A DNA stretch of 63,996 bases, filler included, from Reclinomonas americana ATCC 50394 (taxonomy: Eukaryota): assembly GCA_048213135.1 (NCBI GenBank). It is 17 parts of 17 records of this genome, joined end to end, with 100 filler letters (N's around TTAATTAATTAA, not from the genome) between each part and the next. Parts side by side here need not be neighbours in the genome. Positions count along the whole stretch, not along the records: positions 28,495 to 34,232 come from AFZH01021814.1; positions 34,333 to 38,270 come from AFZH01021815.1; positions 38,371 to 42,412 come from AFZH01021816.1; 14 more parts are not named here. One strand, written 5' to 3'. Below the pieces are notes generated by a model that saw only the letters and a program-made list of their open reading frames with translations, searched no databases and was not told the origin of the DNA. How positions within the stretch are numbered: the stretch's first letter is position 1; each line of letters opens with the position of its first letter. Positions 28,495-40,773 of this stretch are shown here, one piece after another. Position numbers and translations under genes: made by a program.

Positions 28495-31312
28495 AAAGAG
28501 TCAATCGATCTGCATTCTGTCAGTCAGTAAGTGACTTTTGTGTTTGTGTGATGTCTCTGAGTGCATCATGCGTGGCCATTCTGGAGGCACTTGCACGCGG
28601 ACACAGTGAGCAACGCAATGATGTCTTTCTCGTCCTCAATGCCGTGTTTGCATGCGTCGGAGCAGTGCTTGTCGTTGTTTCGTCTGTGTCTCTCTCAGTG
28701 TCTGTCTGTCTCTCTCTCACACATGCACACAGCTGTTCTGGTTCGCGCGCAAGCTGCCTTATCTCAAAGCCCGCTCACCTCTGCTCTCAATGCTCAATGG
28801 ATTGCAGCTGATCATTGGAAATATGTTCTCGTTCAGTCAATACCCCCTCTGCGCGCATGTTGTTACACGCCCGCGCTCATGTCGCGTGTTTTTCATAGTG
28901 CTTTGGTGAACCTTTCATCGGTGCCGTGTATGGTTCTGTGGGCGGCGCCGTTCCTGGTCACGCCGATCTTTATCATTGGACAGGTGTTTCGCTGTGTGCG
29001 ACTGATGCTCATCTTTCGGCGATCGGAGGCGCAGGCGAAGCGTGCGACACGCTCTTCTTCTTCGCGTAGGCGACGGCCTACGTTGGCGTCGAGGAAAGGG
29101 AATAAGTCACCGCGGGAGTCGAGCGAGAGAAGGCGACGAACGCTGGTGGCGTTTGAGGTCGATACGCATAAGGACGACGAGCACGAGGAGGAGGAGGAGA
29201 TCTCGCAGGGGGTGTTGTCGTCGCCTTCCGGGGCGCGTAGTGAGGAGGAGATGCAGCCGTTGGCGGCCGATGTCGATGCGCAGTCGATGCTGTCGGTGGA
29301 GACGGCGATGGAGACGGCCGATACGCTCAGTCGCTTTGCGTCGTCGTTTACGGGCGGAGAATCGCTCGACACGGAGAGTGTGGCGGGCGACACGACGCTC
29401 GTCGAGGCCAGCTCTCGCGATCGGCGGTTCAGCGAGGAGTACATGCTGCGGTGGTACTTTGCGGTCGTGGTGCTCATGCTCGTCATCTGGGTGGCCGTGG
29501 GACTGTCGGTGAGTGCGCGCAGAGGAGCAGGTTGAGCTGGCGCTGGGCAATGACGGCGTGTCTCGTTGCAGGTGGCGAGCTCGTACCGCACGTCGCAGGC
29601 GCCGACCGAAGAATCGTGTCTGTGCGCCAACCTGGTGCGCTACTTTACCGTCGGCAGCTTCATGGTGGCGCTGGTGTTTGACGTTCTCCAGCTGTACATG
29701 GTTTGCCTTTGCTGTTGTGTGTCTCTCTCTCTCTCCAGAAGTGTGTATTCAACTCGTTTGATGCAGATCTACCTGTTGCGCGGCGTGCGCGACCAGTTCT
29801 CCATCAACACAGAACTCAAAATCACCGTTGCGTGAGGGAATCTCTCTTGCCTCCTCTCCAAGTCCTCACTCGCCGTCCCCGCAGTGCCTGCTGGCATTCG
29901 TCAGCCTGATGCCGCCCGTCGTGGTGTCGTTCACGACGGAATTTGGCGGCTCCGCGTACCAAGTGATTCAGCTGATGTTCAGTTTCATCCTTATCGAATC
30001 CATGCTGGTGGCCGTCATCCTGGTCCCGCTGGTGCAGGCGTGGCGTGATTGGCGCGCCTCTGCGCATCTATCCTCTCGCTTCTTGGCAATTCGGCCAATG
30101 GAGCAGCATCTGCTGCCGGCCGACAACTTTGAGCATGTCATGTCGCAGACGCACGCGCGGCAGCTGTTCAAGCGGTACTTGGTGTCGGAATTCAGGTGCG
30201 TTCGAATTGTTGGGGGAATGCATGCTTCCATGTGCACTCACAAATGAATGTGCGTGTGCGTAGCGTGGAGAATATGGTGCGCTGCGTTGCTTGCCCCTTT
30301 TGGCTTTCCTCCCACCCACCCACTCACTCTCCTGCATGTCTCCATTCAGCTGTTCTGGGAGGACGTGGAGAAACTGAAAGAGTACTTCCTTCGACATGTA
30401 CTGTCGCATGCAGCTGATACGTCGCTCGTCGGCACCGATAGCAGCTCCGGCCGCGTGTATCACGTCAACATGACCGACACCAGCGGCAGGTTTGCATGAG
30501 AAATGAGTGCGACCTTGTATTTCCTTCCTCACTCGACCTGCTTACAGTTCGAATCCAAACACGCCAAGAGGATCCGTGCGGCATCCAGTGGTGCTCTGCC
30601 GCATGGTGCGCGCATGTTTTCGCATCCGCTCTTGCTCGCCGCACGTACACTCTCCCTCACTCACTCCCTCCCCTTCTCCACCTCAGTGCGACAAATTATA
30701 TCAGCGGTACATCGCCTCTGGCGCCGAGAACGAACTCAATCTTCCCGGCTCAATCACGGGCGAGATCCGCGAGGCCTTCCTCAAACACCACCCCAATCCC
30801 TACGCCTTCATGCTGGTCGACCGCTCCAATCGCCCACAATCGGTCGACAAGAGAATCACGCTGTACCCGACCGGCATCCCGGTGCCGGGCACCATCCTGC
30901 CACCCTCAATGTCCTTCCTCGGCAGCGGCTCCAGTACCGGAAGCTCCATCACACAAGCAGCACTGGCGGCTGTCGTCTCCGCGGGCACCAATAGCGACGT
31001 GCCGGTGCCGACCAACTCCGTGGTCACCATCTTTGACTCGGCCCTCAACAGCGTTCTTTACACATTATGGTATTGTCGACGTGCTTGCTTTTCGCCTGCC
31101 GCCTTCTCTGTTCCTAACATGCTGCGTGCGTCATACAGTACCGACAGCTTCCGTCGCTTCGTGGCCTCACCCGACTTCCTGGCACACCTGCGCAGCGAAA
31201 GAGAAATCCTGGTCTGCCAACGTCGCCACCTTGTTTCTTTCGCGCGCGAAATTCTCCTCACCCTTCTTCTCTCGTGCTGCAGAGCCGCATCGTAGGCGCC
31301 CGCATGTTATAG
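28495..31312 (+). CDS. Multi-pass (probable 7TM) membrane protein fused to a C-terminal RGS domain (5' end probably in gap; 3' end approximate)
   Basis: TM exons with YLKARSPLLS and LRGVRDQFSINTELKI. RGS motifs ARQLFKRYLVSEFSVENMLFWEDVEKLK, LYQRYIASGAENELNLPG, IFDSALNSV and DSFRRFVAS. Confidence 0.85.
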
Positions 31313-31393
31313 TAGCACTCTTACGCACGCAAGCCCAACTTAATAATAAATATGTTTAACATCGCGTCCTCCTGATCCTGTTACTCTCTTGCA

Positions 31394-33140
31394 ATGCGTC
31401 GTGGGAGCGCAGGAGCCTCTTCCTCTGGGAAGCGAGACAAGCGATCAAGTAAGCAGTCAGGAGCACCTCCAACAGCAGCAGCAGCAGCAAGTGAAGAAGA
31501 GCAGGCAGGCATTGACACGCGATCATCAAAGGTTCTTCCTCTCTCTCCCTGCATGTGTGTGAGAGTGCACAGCTCACACACTCTTGTGTGAGTGCAGTCG
31601 CCCACAGCACTCGTTGAGCCGCTGCTTAACAACGTACTAGGCGAGACACGCGCTGACTATTGGGCACGCATCGCGCCCTCACCAGAGTACACGTGCGTGC
31701 ATCTCTCTCACTCTCTTTCTGTCTGTGAGACTGAGGTAAGGCGACTGCAGGTGGCACCTGCGACTCCGACCACGTCTACCCATTGGACGACTACTGTTGT
31801 ACTTGCACGAGAAGGCGGCGCCGTTTGCGGGAAGCTGTGCGAGTTGGGAAGGCGTGCGAGCAGTGATTGCACAATGGGCGGTGTTGCTGGTCGTGCAGGC
31901 TGTGCTGGTGTATCGCTCGACGTTTCTGGGATGGGGCTTGATGGCGCTGGGTGTCTTCTTTCAGGTACACGATTGAGAAGGGGGGAAAAGGGGAAGGCTG
32001 CGTTGTGCGGGAAAGGTGACTGTGAAATCGATGATGTGCAGTGGCAGGAGCTGAATGTGTCGCGACCTGAGTTCCCCGACGAGCGGTTCCTGGTGCGCGA
32101 CATGATGCGCGAGGAGTATGATGTGGACGAGGTGGCAGAGTCGCCGCTGCTGCCGTTTTGTGCGTGCACACCTGCCTGTTTTTCCCTTCGATGTGCATTG
32201 CATGTGGCTGATATGAGTGAGGGGTATGCAGTGGAATCGCGCATTCGACGAACGTCGGTGGCGCTGACGCCGCTGCACATGTGCAACGTCGTGCTGAAGG
32301 TGGCCCCGGTGGCCTTGGTGTGTCTGGCAATCGGTTGGCCGGCTGGCAAGGGCATGGTGAGTGACGCGCGAATCCGTTGTCATGGTGTGCATGAATGCCG
32401 ATCCTCCTTCCTCTCATTTAGGTTAGAGGAGTTGTTAACGCCATTGGAATTACCCTGCTGCTCGGCGACGCGTGCTGGCCTTACCTGCACCAAGACACAT
32501 ACGGACTGCCGTCGAGACGGTGCGAGTCGCCGTTGCAGGCGCTGCTCACCATTGGCGTGTTTGCACGCGATGCTCCGGCCTTGTGCGCCCTCGGCGCCTT
32601 TATCGTCCTCGTGTCGTGGCGGTGCTTTTTGCAGTTGCGCACACACACACCATCCATCGCATGTCACCTCGGTGGTCAGCGAATGCGTGACCATTCCCTG
32701 GTTTTTGCAGGTACACGGTGAGCACGCGAGTCTACGACAAGTGCATGCCAGTGCAGCTGCGTGCCACGGCCCCGATGGTTCTCCTGAGCCAAATCCACCC
32801 CGGCTTCCAACACGGCTTCTTCACCGCACCCTCGCCACCGCCCACCGGCGAACGGCAACGCCTCACCTGCGTCTCCACCTCGCACGTTCTCGACTACATC
32901 TTCGTGGCCGTCGTGTGGACCGCCTTTGCCGCCCTCGCCTACCGCGCCTCACCGTTTGCCTACAAGGCCGTCATCGGCGTCGCCCTCGGCCTCTTCCTCA
33001 CACGACCTTCGTACGACCCCGACCTGCACTCACTCGCCACGCTCAAGGCATCCATCAAGAAGTGGTACTGGTGGCTCGGCTATGCACTGCTGGCGGCCGC
33101 CGAGTGGGACCTCTTGTCGGCACTCACTCGCGAACCTTGA
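31394..33140 (+). CDS. Hypothetical multi-pass membrane protein (multi-exon; start uncertain)
   Basis: Joinable exons with GT-AG boundaries. Hydrophobic segments LLTIGVFARDAPALCALGAFIVLVSW, YIFVAVVWTAFAALAY and WYWWLGYALLAAA. No family recognised. Confidence 0.55.
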
Positions 33141-33183
33141 GCTGTCCTGTGAACACCCGCCCAACAATAGTGAAAAAGCAATC

Positions 33184-34092
33184 ATGGGAGAGGTGGTGTT
33201 GTACTCGTACTGGCGAAGCAGCTGCTCGTGGCGTGTGCGGTCTGTGTGCTCTCTCACTCACACGCACTCACTGAGAGAGGGATGCTCATCCTCACTGCAT
33301 GCACAGCATTGCGCTGGCCTTCAAAGACATTTCATACAAGTATGTCGGTGTGAACCTGTTGACAGGCGAGCAGGTCAGCACTGTGTTGTCTCAGTGAGCG
33401 TGTGTGTGAGAGAGAACTGAGAGAGGGAGAGACGCTGCACAGAAATCACCGGAGTATTTGGCCAAGAATCCCGCCGGACTGCTTCCGAGTCTCGAGATCG
33501 ATGGCACTCTGTTGGCCGAGTCTGCGGCCATTCTTGAGTACTTGGAGGAGACTCGGTGGGCGCGCCCCCCTCTCACTAGCTCTCACTGATCCCCATTCCT
33601 TCTCTCACTGTGCCCCTGCAGTCCCGAGCCTCCGCTGTTCCCGGCCGATCCCAAGGACAAGGCCGTGGTGCGACAGCTGTGCTACCTCATCATGGCCGAC
33701 ATTCAGCCACTGCAGAACTTGTCAGTGATCAACAAGGTGCTGTCTTGGCATGTTGGGCGGGCCTGTGGGTGTCTGGCAACTCACTGCTGCGCGGACAGGT
33801 GGCGGCCGAGTGCGGCGCGGAGAGCAAGGAACCATGGGCGCGTTTCTGGATCGAGCGCGGACTGACGGCCTTTGAAGAGATTCTCCGCCGCACCGCCGGG
33901 CGCTACTGCTTTGGTGATGAGGTGACCATGGCGGATCTGTTCCTGCTGCCGCAAATCTACAACGCCAAGCGCTTCAAGGTGGACCTGACGCCCTTCCCGC
34001 TCATCACCGGCATTGTCGGTCGCCTGGAGGAGTTGCCGGCGTTCCAAGCTGCCGACCCTGCCGCGCAGCCCGACGCACCACCCTCGTCGTGA
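33184..34092 (+). CDS. GSTZ1: Glutathione S-transferase zeta / maleylacetoacetate isomerase (5 exons)
   Basis: LYSYWRSSCSWRVRIALAFK, EYLAKNPAGLLPSLEIDG..ESAAILEYLEE, DIQPLQNLSV, GRYCFGDEVTMADLFLLPQIYNAKRF and AFQAADPAAQPDAP. Confidence 0.95.
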
Positions 34093-34096
34093 AGCC

Positions 34097-34137
<41 letters not shown>

Positions 34138-34464
34138 CACACACGACGACGCGACGTACGTACGTAACGAACGAACGAACGAACGTAACGAACTACTAAC
34201 TTACTTACTTACTTACTTCTCTCTCTCCTCTCNNNNNNNNNNNNNNNNNNNNNNNNNNNNNNNNNNNNNNNNNNNNTTAATTAATTAANNNNNNNNNNNN
34301 NNNNNNNNNNNNNNNNNNNNNNNNNNNNNNNNCCGTCTACTCTCGACGTCGTTCGGTCCGTCCGTCGGAGGTAGGTCGGCCGGTCCGTACCGACGTACGT
34401 CGACCCGACCCGTCCGCCGCCGCGACCCGACCCGACCGACCACCCACCCTCCGTCGTAGACGTC

Positions 34465-34499
<35 letters not shown>

Positions 34500-34553
34500 T
34501 CGTCACCGACACCAGAGAGCTGTCGAGTACAACAAGCAAGATACACATTGCTT

Positions 34554-35489
34554 TCATCTGCCCTTCTCATCACCCTCCAGAGCCTTGCGCAACCACGTGC
34601 GACTGTGGCCGGCAAAGTAGTCGTCGATGCGCCCAATGTCGTCGTAGCCGAGACGCCGGTAGAACTCAGGCGCCTGAAAGTCAAACGTGTCGACCACTGC
34701 ACGCCGACATCCACGCTGCCTCGCCAGCGACTCGAGTCGCCGCAGCACCTCCGAGCCCATTCCGCGTCCCCTCATCGACTCGTCCACCCACACCATCTTC
34801 ACCTGCAAGTCGCCGCCCAGTGTCACGCCCGTGGCCGCAGCCACGAGCCTCCCGCGCTCGCGTACCAGCACGCCTGCATCCACGTAGCGCCACGCAAAGC
34901 CCACAGCCTCGCTGGCGTGCGCCGAGAGTCCCTCGTTGATCACGCGCGCGTCCTCGGCCGACACGCGATTCACCGACTCCACCACAGTGTCGGGCGACAA
35001 GTGCTGTCGCTCCAACATGTGTTGCACGGCGGCTGCGTTCGCGGGCAAGCGATCGGGGGCGCTTGGACAAGTCGCCTCCAATCGCTGCAGTTCCTCTTCC
35101 CATTGCGCGTGGCGTTGGAGGAAGCGACGACGGGCGAAGCAGTAGGGGACGAGAGAGAGGCCGAGTGTGCAAAAGGCGAAGAGCAAACCGCAGGCCAGTG
35201 GGCCTTGCAGCTCCTCGTGGGCGCGAGGTTCGTGCGAGAGGTGCGCGCGTCGGCGTCGCTGTGTGGTGTCGGGCGATTCCTGTGTGCGCGTGCATGTGAG
35301 AGGGTGTACCAGGGAGAGTGCCACATACACACACACTCGTGTGCCACGCACAGGGGATGGGGGGAGCTGGACTGCTCTTTGTTGACGATGATCGTCATCG
35401 TCTTCGTCTTCGTTTTCGCCAGTGTGATGCAGCAGTGAGCGACGCAGCTGCTCGGTGACCTTGTCGACGCTGTCGCTGGCGTGTGTCAT
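34554..35489 (-). CDS. GNAT-family acetyltransferase with an N-terminal extension
   Basis: Acetyl-CoA motif A VWVDESMRGRGMGSEVL followed by VVDTFDFQAPEFYRRLGY. Confidence 0.85.
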   Translation of the reverse strand: MTHASDSVDKVTEQLRRSLLHHTGENEDEDDDDHRQQRAVQLPPSPVRGTRVCVYVALSLVHPLTCTRTQESPDTTQRRRRAHLSHEPRAHEELQGPLACGLLFAFCTLGLSLVPYCFARRRFLQRHAQWEEELQRLEATCPSAPDRLPANAAAVQHMLERQHLSPDTVVESVNRVSAEDARVINEGLSAHASEAVGFAWRYVDAGVLVRERGRLVAAATGVTLGGDLQVKMVWVDESMRGRGMGSEVLRRLESLARQRGCRRAVVDTFDFQAPEFYRRLGYDDIGRIDDYFAGHSRTWLRKALEGDEKGR

Positions 35490-35630
35490 GTCACACCGTG
35501 CGCTCTTCACTCTCTCTTCTCTCACACTTTCCGAAACACGACACAACACAAAGAAGCGCAGACGGAGGACGACGACGAAGTCGTTGAATGGCTACAAAAA
35601 AGAAACTGCTGCTGCTGCTGCTGCTTCAGC

Positions 35631-38600
35631 TCAGCGCAGTGGAGGAACACCGCTGGCAAACGGTGCCGTTGACTGCGATGGTGGTGGCACTGGCGATGCT
35701 GCTGATGGTGCGGCAGCACGAAGCGTCTCCACGGCTGGCGTGCTGTCGCCGCGCGAGTGGTACGGTGCGACAGCCGGTGGTGCGGCCGCCGGCGACATGG
35801 ACAACATGGGCGGCACACCAATCGGGCTGGCAGTGGACAACGGCGAGTGCACCGGGGGTGGCACCGGCGACGCGTAGGTCGCCGTGTAGGGCCCGGCGGT
35901 GGCGACCGGAGCAACGTGATACGAGGCACCCGGTGCTACTTGCGTCCGCACGGGGTCGGAGATCGACGACACTTGCGGAGGCAGTGGCGCTTGATACGGC
36001 GTCACTGTGGGAACTGCCGGTGGCGGCGGCGGCGGTGCGTAGTACGATGGCGGACCCGCTGGAGTCGGCGTCGCGTACAGCGACGCTGGCGGCGCTCCGT
36101 ACGGGAGTGACACGGGCGGCGGCACGGCCGCAAACGCAGCCGGCGCCGGTGCATCGCTGTGCGGCGGCGGTGGTACATTGGAGAGAGTTGACGGAGCCGA
36201 GTTGACTGCCGACGCCGGTGGCTGGCCGGGCGCATACGACACCACAGGCTGCGCGCTGCCGTACAGATCTCCAGCCGGCAGTGATGCTGGCGGAGGCACA
36301 TACGAGTGATCTGCAACTGCGGGCGGTTCATGATGATCGTCGTGAGCGGCCGGGGGTGCGTGCTCCGGCACCAATGACTGCGGCTGTGCCGGCACTGGTG
36401 AGAGCGGCTGATCGATGGCGTAATGTTGCTGCGCAGGCGGAGACAAGGGATCTGCGCGACGAGCGACATGAAGTGAGCACAATGCATGCACGAGAAGACA
36501 GTGAATGTCACCAACTGACCATGGAACTCGGGCACGCTGTCTGGGTTGCGCAACACGTCCGCCAGGCGCTTTGCCCAACCTGGTCCCATCGGCTTTGTCT
36601 TGTCGGGACCGCGCTTGGCTTCATCCTGTGGCACCGCAACAGGCAACAGGTGAGATTTCGGCACTGCGCGAGCGAGACACACACAGGGACGCACCAGCCA
36701 CTGCAGCTTTTGTCGCATGCGCCATGCGCGCACGCGGATCGGCGTGTATGGGAAGCGTCCCTCCGCCACAGTGCTGTGCTCCAGTGCGACTTGCAGACCG
36801 AGAACAAAGTCGGTGGGGTTCACCGGTGACACAAAGTCGTAGGTGCGTTGCCGGGCGACCTGATGCGACACGCCAATGAGAAGCCGGTTCAGCTGCACGC
36901 CATGCGCAAATCACATACCACCGAGAAGCAGTTCCACGGAGTGCGGCGGAACGTGGCCCACGGTCCGCTCTTCTTGAAGTTCTTGGTGTACGGTCCGAGA
37001 ACCACGTAGCGAATCTGATTCAGCGGGATCACACGGTTCGGTGCCTTGTTGTGCGGGCCTGTAAATTCCACGAGTGAGTGACAAGCCACCGACAATGCAA
37101 GCCTGCTCCAGGGCACCCACCAAAGCGCAGCGACTGCCCGTCGTTAGACAGCTTTACGTAGCGACGCTGGACCTTGTTCTTGCGGAAGGCGACCTTGTCC
37201 ACGACCACACCCTGCTTCGCCACCTGGATGTACCGCTCGCTGCGGTCGTGCAGCAACTGGAGATCATGTGTGGAGGAGACTGCGCGGGAGACTCAAGTCA
37301 ACAAAACAAACTCGTACTTCCGTTCGATCCACGCCCAAAAAAACACAACGCAACATGATGACGGCGGGGCCAATCGCGGCGGTGGGACCGGTTCCGGCTC
37401 TGGCTCCGGCTCCGGTTCCAATACCGGCTCCGGTTCTGGTTCAGGCTCCGGCTGCTGCGGTGGCACCTCTGTAATCAAAAAAAGAGAGTCGGAGTCAGAT
37501 TGAGTCGCCATGAGAGGGGGGAAGCGGACAGCCGTGTACAGAACCTGGCACAGGCGGCGGAATCGGTCTTGGGTACGCGTACCGCATGTCGTAGATGGCC
37601 GGTTGTGGAGGATGCGTGCCGTGTGGCGGGCTGGCGAGTGCGCGTGCGGGTGGCGATGCCGACTGGGGGATCGAATGATGCGAGACAGGCGGCACGTCAC
37701 CGCTGTGGCCACTCTCCGAATCGCGGTTGTGGCCATTGATGTCGGGCTGCAGGAGCAGAGGAGTGAGTGAAGTGCGATTACAACAACGATGAAAGCAGTG
37801 CAAGCAAGCAAACCTCCACCGCTCGCGCCATCTCATCGTCATAGTCGAGCAAGTGCTGCGACGGGTGGTGGCCGTGCGGGTCGGCGGTGGCATGCAGCGG
37901 CGACGACAAATGATACACCATGCCGTCGCTAGCCACCTGCGGAGCCACGGCACCATTGTTGTGGTGGTAGCCCTGGTCGTACTCGTTGCCGTACATGTCG
38001 TCATCGTGCGGTGTGCGGTACTCGTCACCACCACCACCATACGGCTGCTGGCCGTGATGCTGATAATCGTCGTCATTGTAGCCGCCTGCCTGGAAACCAG
38101 AAGCGGCCTCTGCGGCAGCGACAGCAGCAGCTGCTGCGGCATAGTCGTCCTGCACCGGATAGGGTGGTGAATTCGGCTGCGCCGGTCGCTGCAGGCGAGG
38201 GCCGGCCGACGGAACTCGAGTCGGCGACCGTGAACCCTGCCGCCGACTGCGAGCCAGCATACTGAGATTGNNNNNNNNNNNNNNNNNNNNNNNNNNNNNN
38301 NNNNNNNNNNNNNNTTAATTAATTAANNNNNNNNNNNNNNNNNNNNNNNNNNNNNNNNNNNNNNNNNNNNCAATGAGCACGAGTGAACGCGCGAAGAGGA
38401 GAACGGGGGACCGCCGTCGACGCAACAGTCACGTTGCCAGACTGCGGCGTCGGTGATCGCGCGCGCTGAGCAGCGAAACAAGCAAGCACGAATGAATGAG
38501 TCGACGCGAACGACACCATGCCACCAGCCTCAGACACACTCAACAGGGAACTGCACCGGTTGGTACTGCTGCAGCGGCGATCCACCCTGCGTCGGCGACG

Positions 38601-39510
38601 CACCACGCGGAGGCGCCGAGGCCGCAGGAGGAGGAGGCGACGAGAATGCCGACTGCTGCTGCTGCGGTGGGGAAGCAGGCGCACCAGCTCCCTGCGATGA
38701 GGCACCAGGGTACACTTGATGCAGAGCCGCAGTGGGCGAGGCCATCTGCAAACAGGCAAGTGAGTGAGGAGGAAGGAGAAGTGCGAGGGGAAGAGATAGA
38801 GAGACTCACTGAGGAGGTGATGGTGCCGGAGTTTACTCGCGGCACTGCAGACGACTGCGCGCCTCTGTTGGCCTCCTCGGAGCGCCTCCGCTGCTCGGCC
38901 AATGTCAGCAGCTCGTGCTCGCCGCGCGCATTCAACGAGCCCTTCAGCAATGCATCACGCTCGGAAAATGCAAGCTGCAAAACACATGAGTTGTGTGTGC
39001 AAAGAGAGTGTGTGGACGAGTGTGCGTACCTTTTCAAACGCGGAGAACTTTTCGTTGAGACCGAATCGCAGAGGGCCTGTGTGGAGTGTGAGTGGAGAGT
39101 GTGTGGTGGAAAATGGCCCGCTTGTGTTATGCACAACCGAAAACAAAATCGCGATGCTGCTGTATATGTGTGTGTCTCGGCCACTCACTCACTCTCTGTG
39201 TGTGCGTGCTGCGACCAGTGCAACGCGTGTGCGTGTGTTTGTTGTTGTTTGTTGTGCGTGACATGGCGATGTCTCTTGTTCTTTCTTCCGCACCTGTGCC
39301 AAACGCGTTGACTCCGCCGCCATTCGCCGCCGCATTGGAGGAGTTGGGAGAGGTGGCGGAGGGAGGCGATGGAGAGCGTCCACTGCGCGCGCCGGAAGAA
39401 ACGGGACCGCTGTTTGTGGCAGCAGCCGCTCTCGAGGAGCGGATCGGGTGCGTCGTCTGCACAGGCATGCCGCCGTTGGCGGAGGCCGACGAGGCCGGTG
39501 CGCGGTACAT
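35631..39510 (-). CDS. Large low-complexity (Pro/Ala/Gln-rich) protein with a central PH-like domain (spans a gap; may be two genes)
   Basis: AKQGVVVDKVAFRKNKVQRRYVKLSNDGQSLR, RVIPLNQIRYVVLGPYTKNF, NCFSV and RTYDFV resemble PLC-type PH domains. Flanked by Pro-rich exons. Confidence 0.6.
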
Positions 39511-39625
39511 GCTTTTTTTCCTCGTAACAAATCGAAAAACAAATGTGCGACGTCGGCGTGTCCGGCGGGACACTGATTGATTTCAGGTTTTGTGCGAGCA
39601 AAAGCGACCAACGACAAAAATCGAA

Positions 39626-40641
39626 ATGGGTTGTGGTGCCAGTGTTGCGGGTGTGAATGCTGGGAGACGGGCGTCGCGGTTGAACTTGTGGACGAATGGC
39701 AATCCGGATGGACTGACTGACTCGGAGAGTGACGCGACTGGTTCGTTCGATTTCTTCGGTTTTTTTCACGCGGTTGTGTTGTTTTTGGAAGGGAGGCAGT
39801 TCCTCTTTCTTCTTCTCTTTTCCCTCGTGCGCGCACCTCCTTACTTTCGTGTCGACTGTGTCTGTGTGAGTGTGACGAACGCACGTCTGTGATCGAAAGA
39901 GCAACCAACGAAACGTGCACTTCGTGTAGACTGACTGACTGTTCTTCTTCCGCTTCACGAAACGCGCAGGGTGTGGTAAACTACGCGAGGCTCTCCATTC
40001 AGACCTGCAGACACCGCGCATCCACGTTCAGCGAGTGGTGAGTTGATGTTCGCCAGTTTGTTCGGAGTGGAGAGATATCGGAAAAAGCTCAGGATTGACT
40101 ATGTGCTTGACTGTGCGCTTCTCGGCAACAGAGTCTGGAGATACCGGCGACCCGCATGCCTTCTGCACTTCGTAGACCGGGCGATTCGCCATGTGCACGC
40201 GCCAAGTCTGCTCGGTTTGCCACCTCGCCAACATCACGAAAGTCGTCGGCAGCAGCTGGAGGAGGCGCATGGAACTTTGCTGGAGTGGTGCCGCGATCGC
40301 CACGCCGACGCATGAGTGTGGATCTGTCGACACTGGCCAATGCGCGTACACCAGTGGAGCGACTGCAGTACTACGCCACAGCGCGGCGGTCGTCGCTGTC
40401 GGCTGTCATGAAGGGTCCGACTCCTACCAACGACAACAATGACAACAACAACGCGGCGATGCTGACTCCGGGCGCGTTGGTGCAAGAGCGCACGACACGC
40501 GGCCTGTGGGAGGGCGCACTGGCCGACAGTCGCCGCCTGAGCTTCTCGTCGAGTCTGTCGTCGGTCTCGTCGGACAAGCTGACCATGACGACCCTCACGC
40601 CCACGGCCGGCACCGGCAACAACAATGGCGCCGCGCCATGA
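39626..40641 (+). CDS. Small hypothetical protein with an N-terminal MGCGAS dual-acylation motif (3 exons: 39626-39740, 39970-40037, 40132-40641)
   Basis: Exons join in frame through GT-AG introns. Starts MGCGASVAG. Confidence 0.65.
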
Positions 40642-40773
40642 GAGCGGCCGCCAACTGGCCATTCCATTCGTAGATAGCATGTACCGCGTGTTGCAGGAGA
40701 AGCGTACGCGAGGAGAAAAAGAGACAAGCAAGTGTAAAATGATGTGTACCTGGATGTTATATTGTTGTCGTCG

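Noticed and set aside
34145..34470. Odd ACGT/ACGA/CCGA/TTAC tandem-like sequence either side of a gap
   Set aside because: Sits at contig ends after a (CT)n run and looks like low-quality read-end noise.
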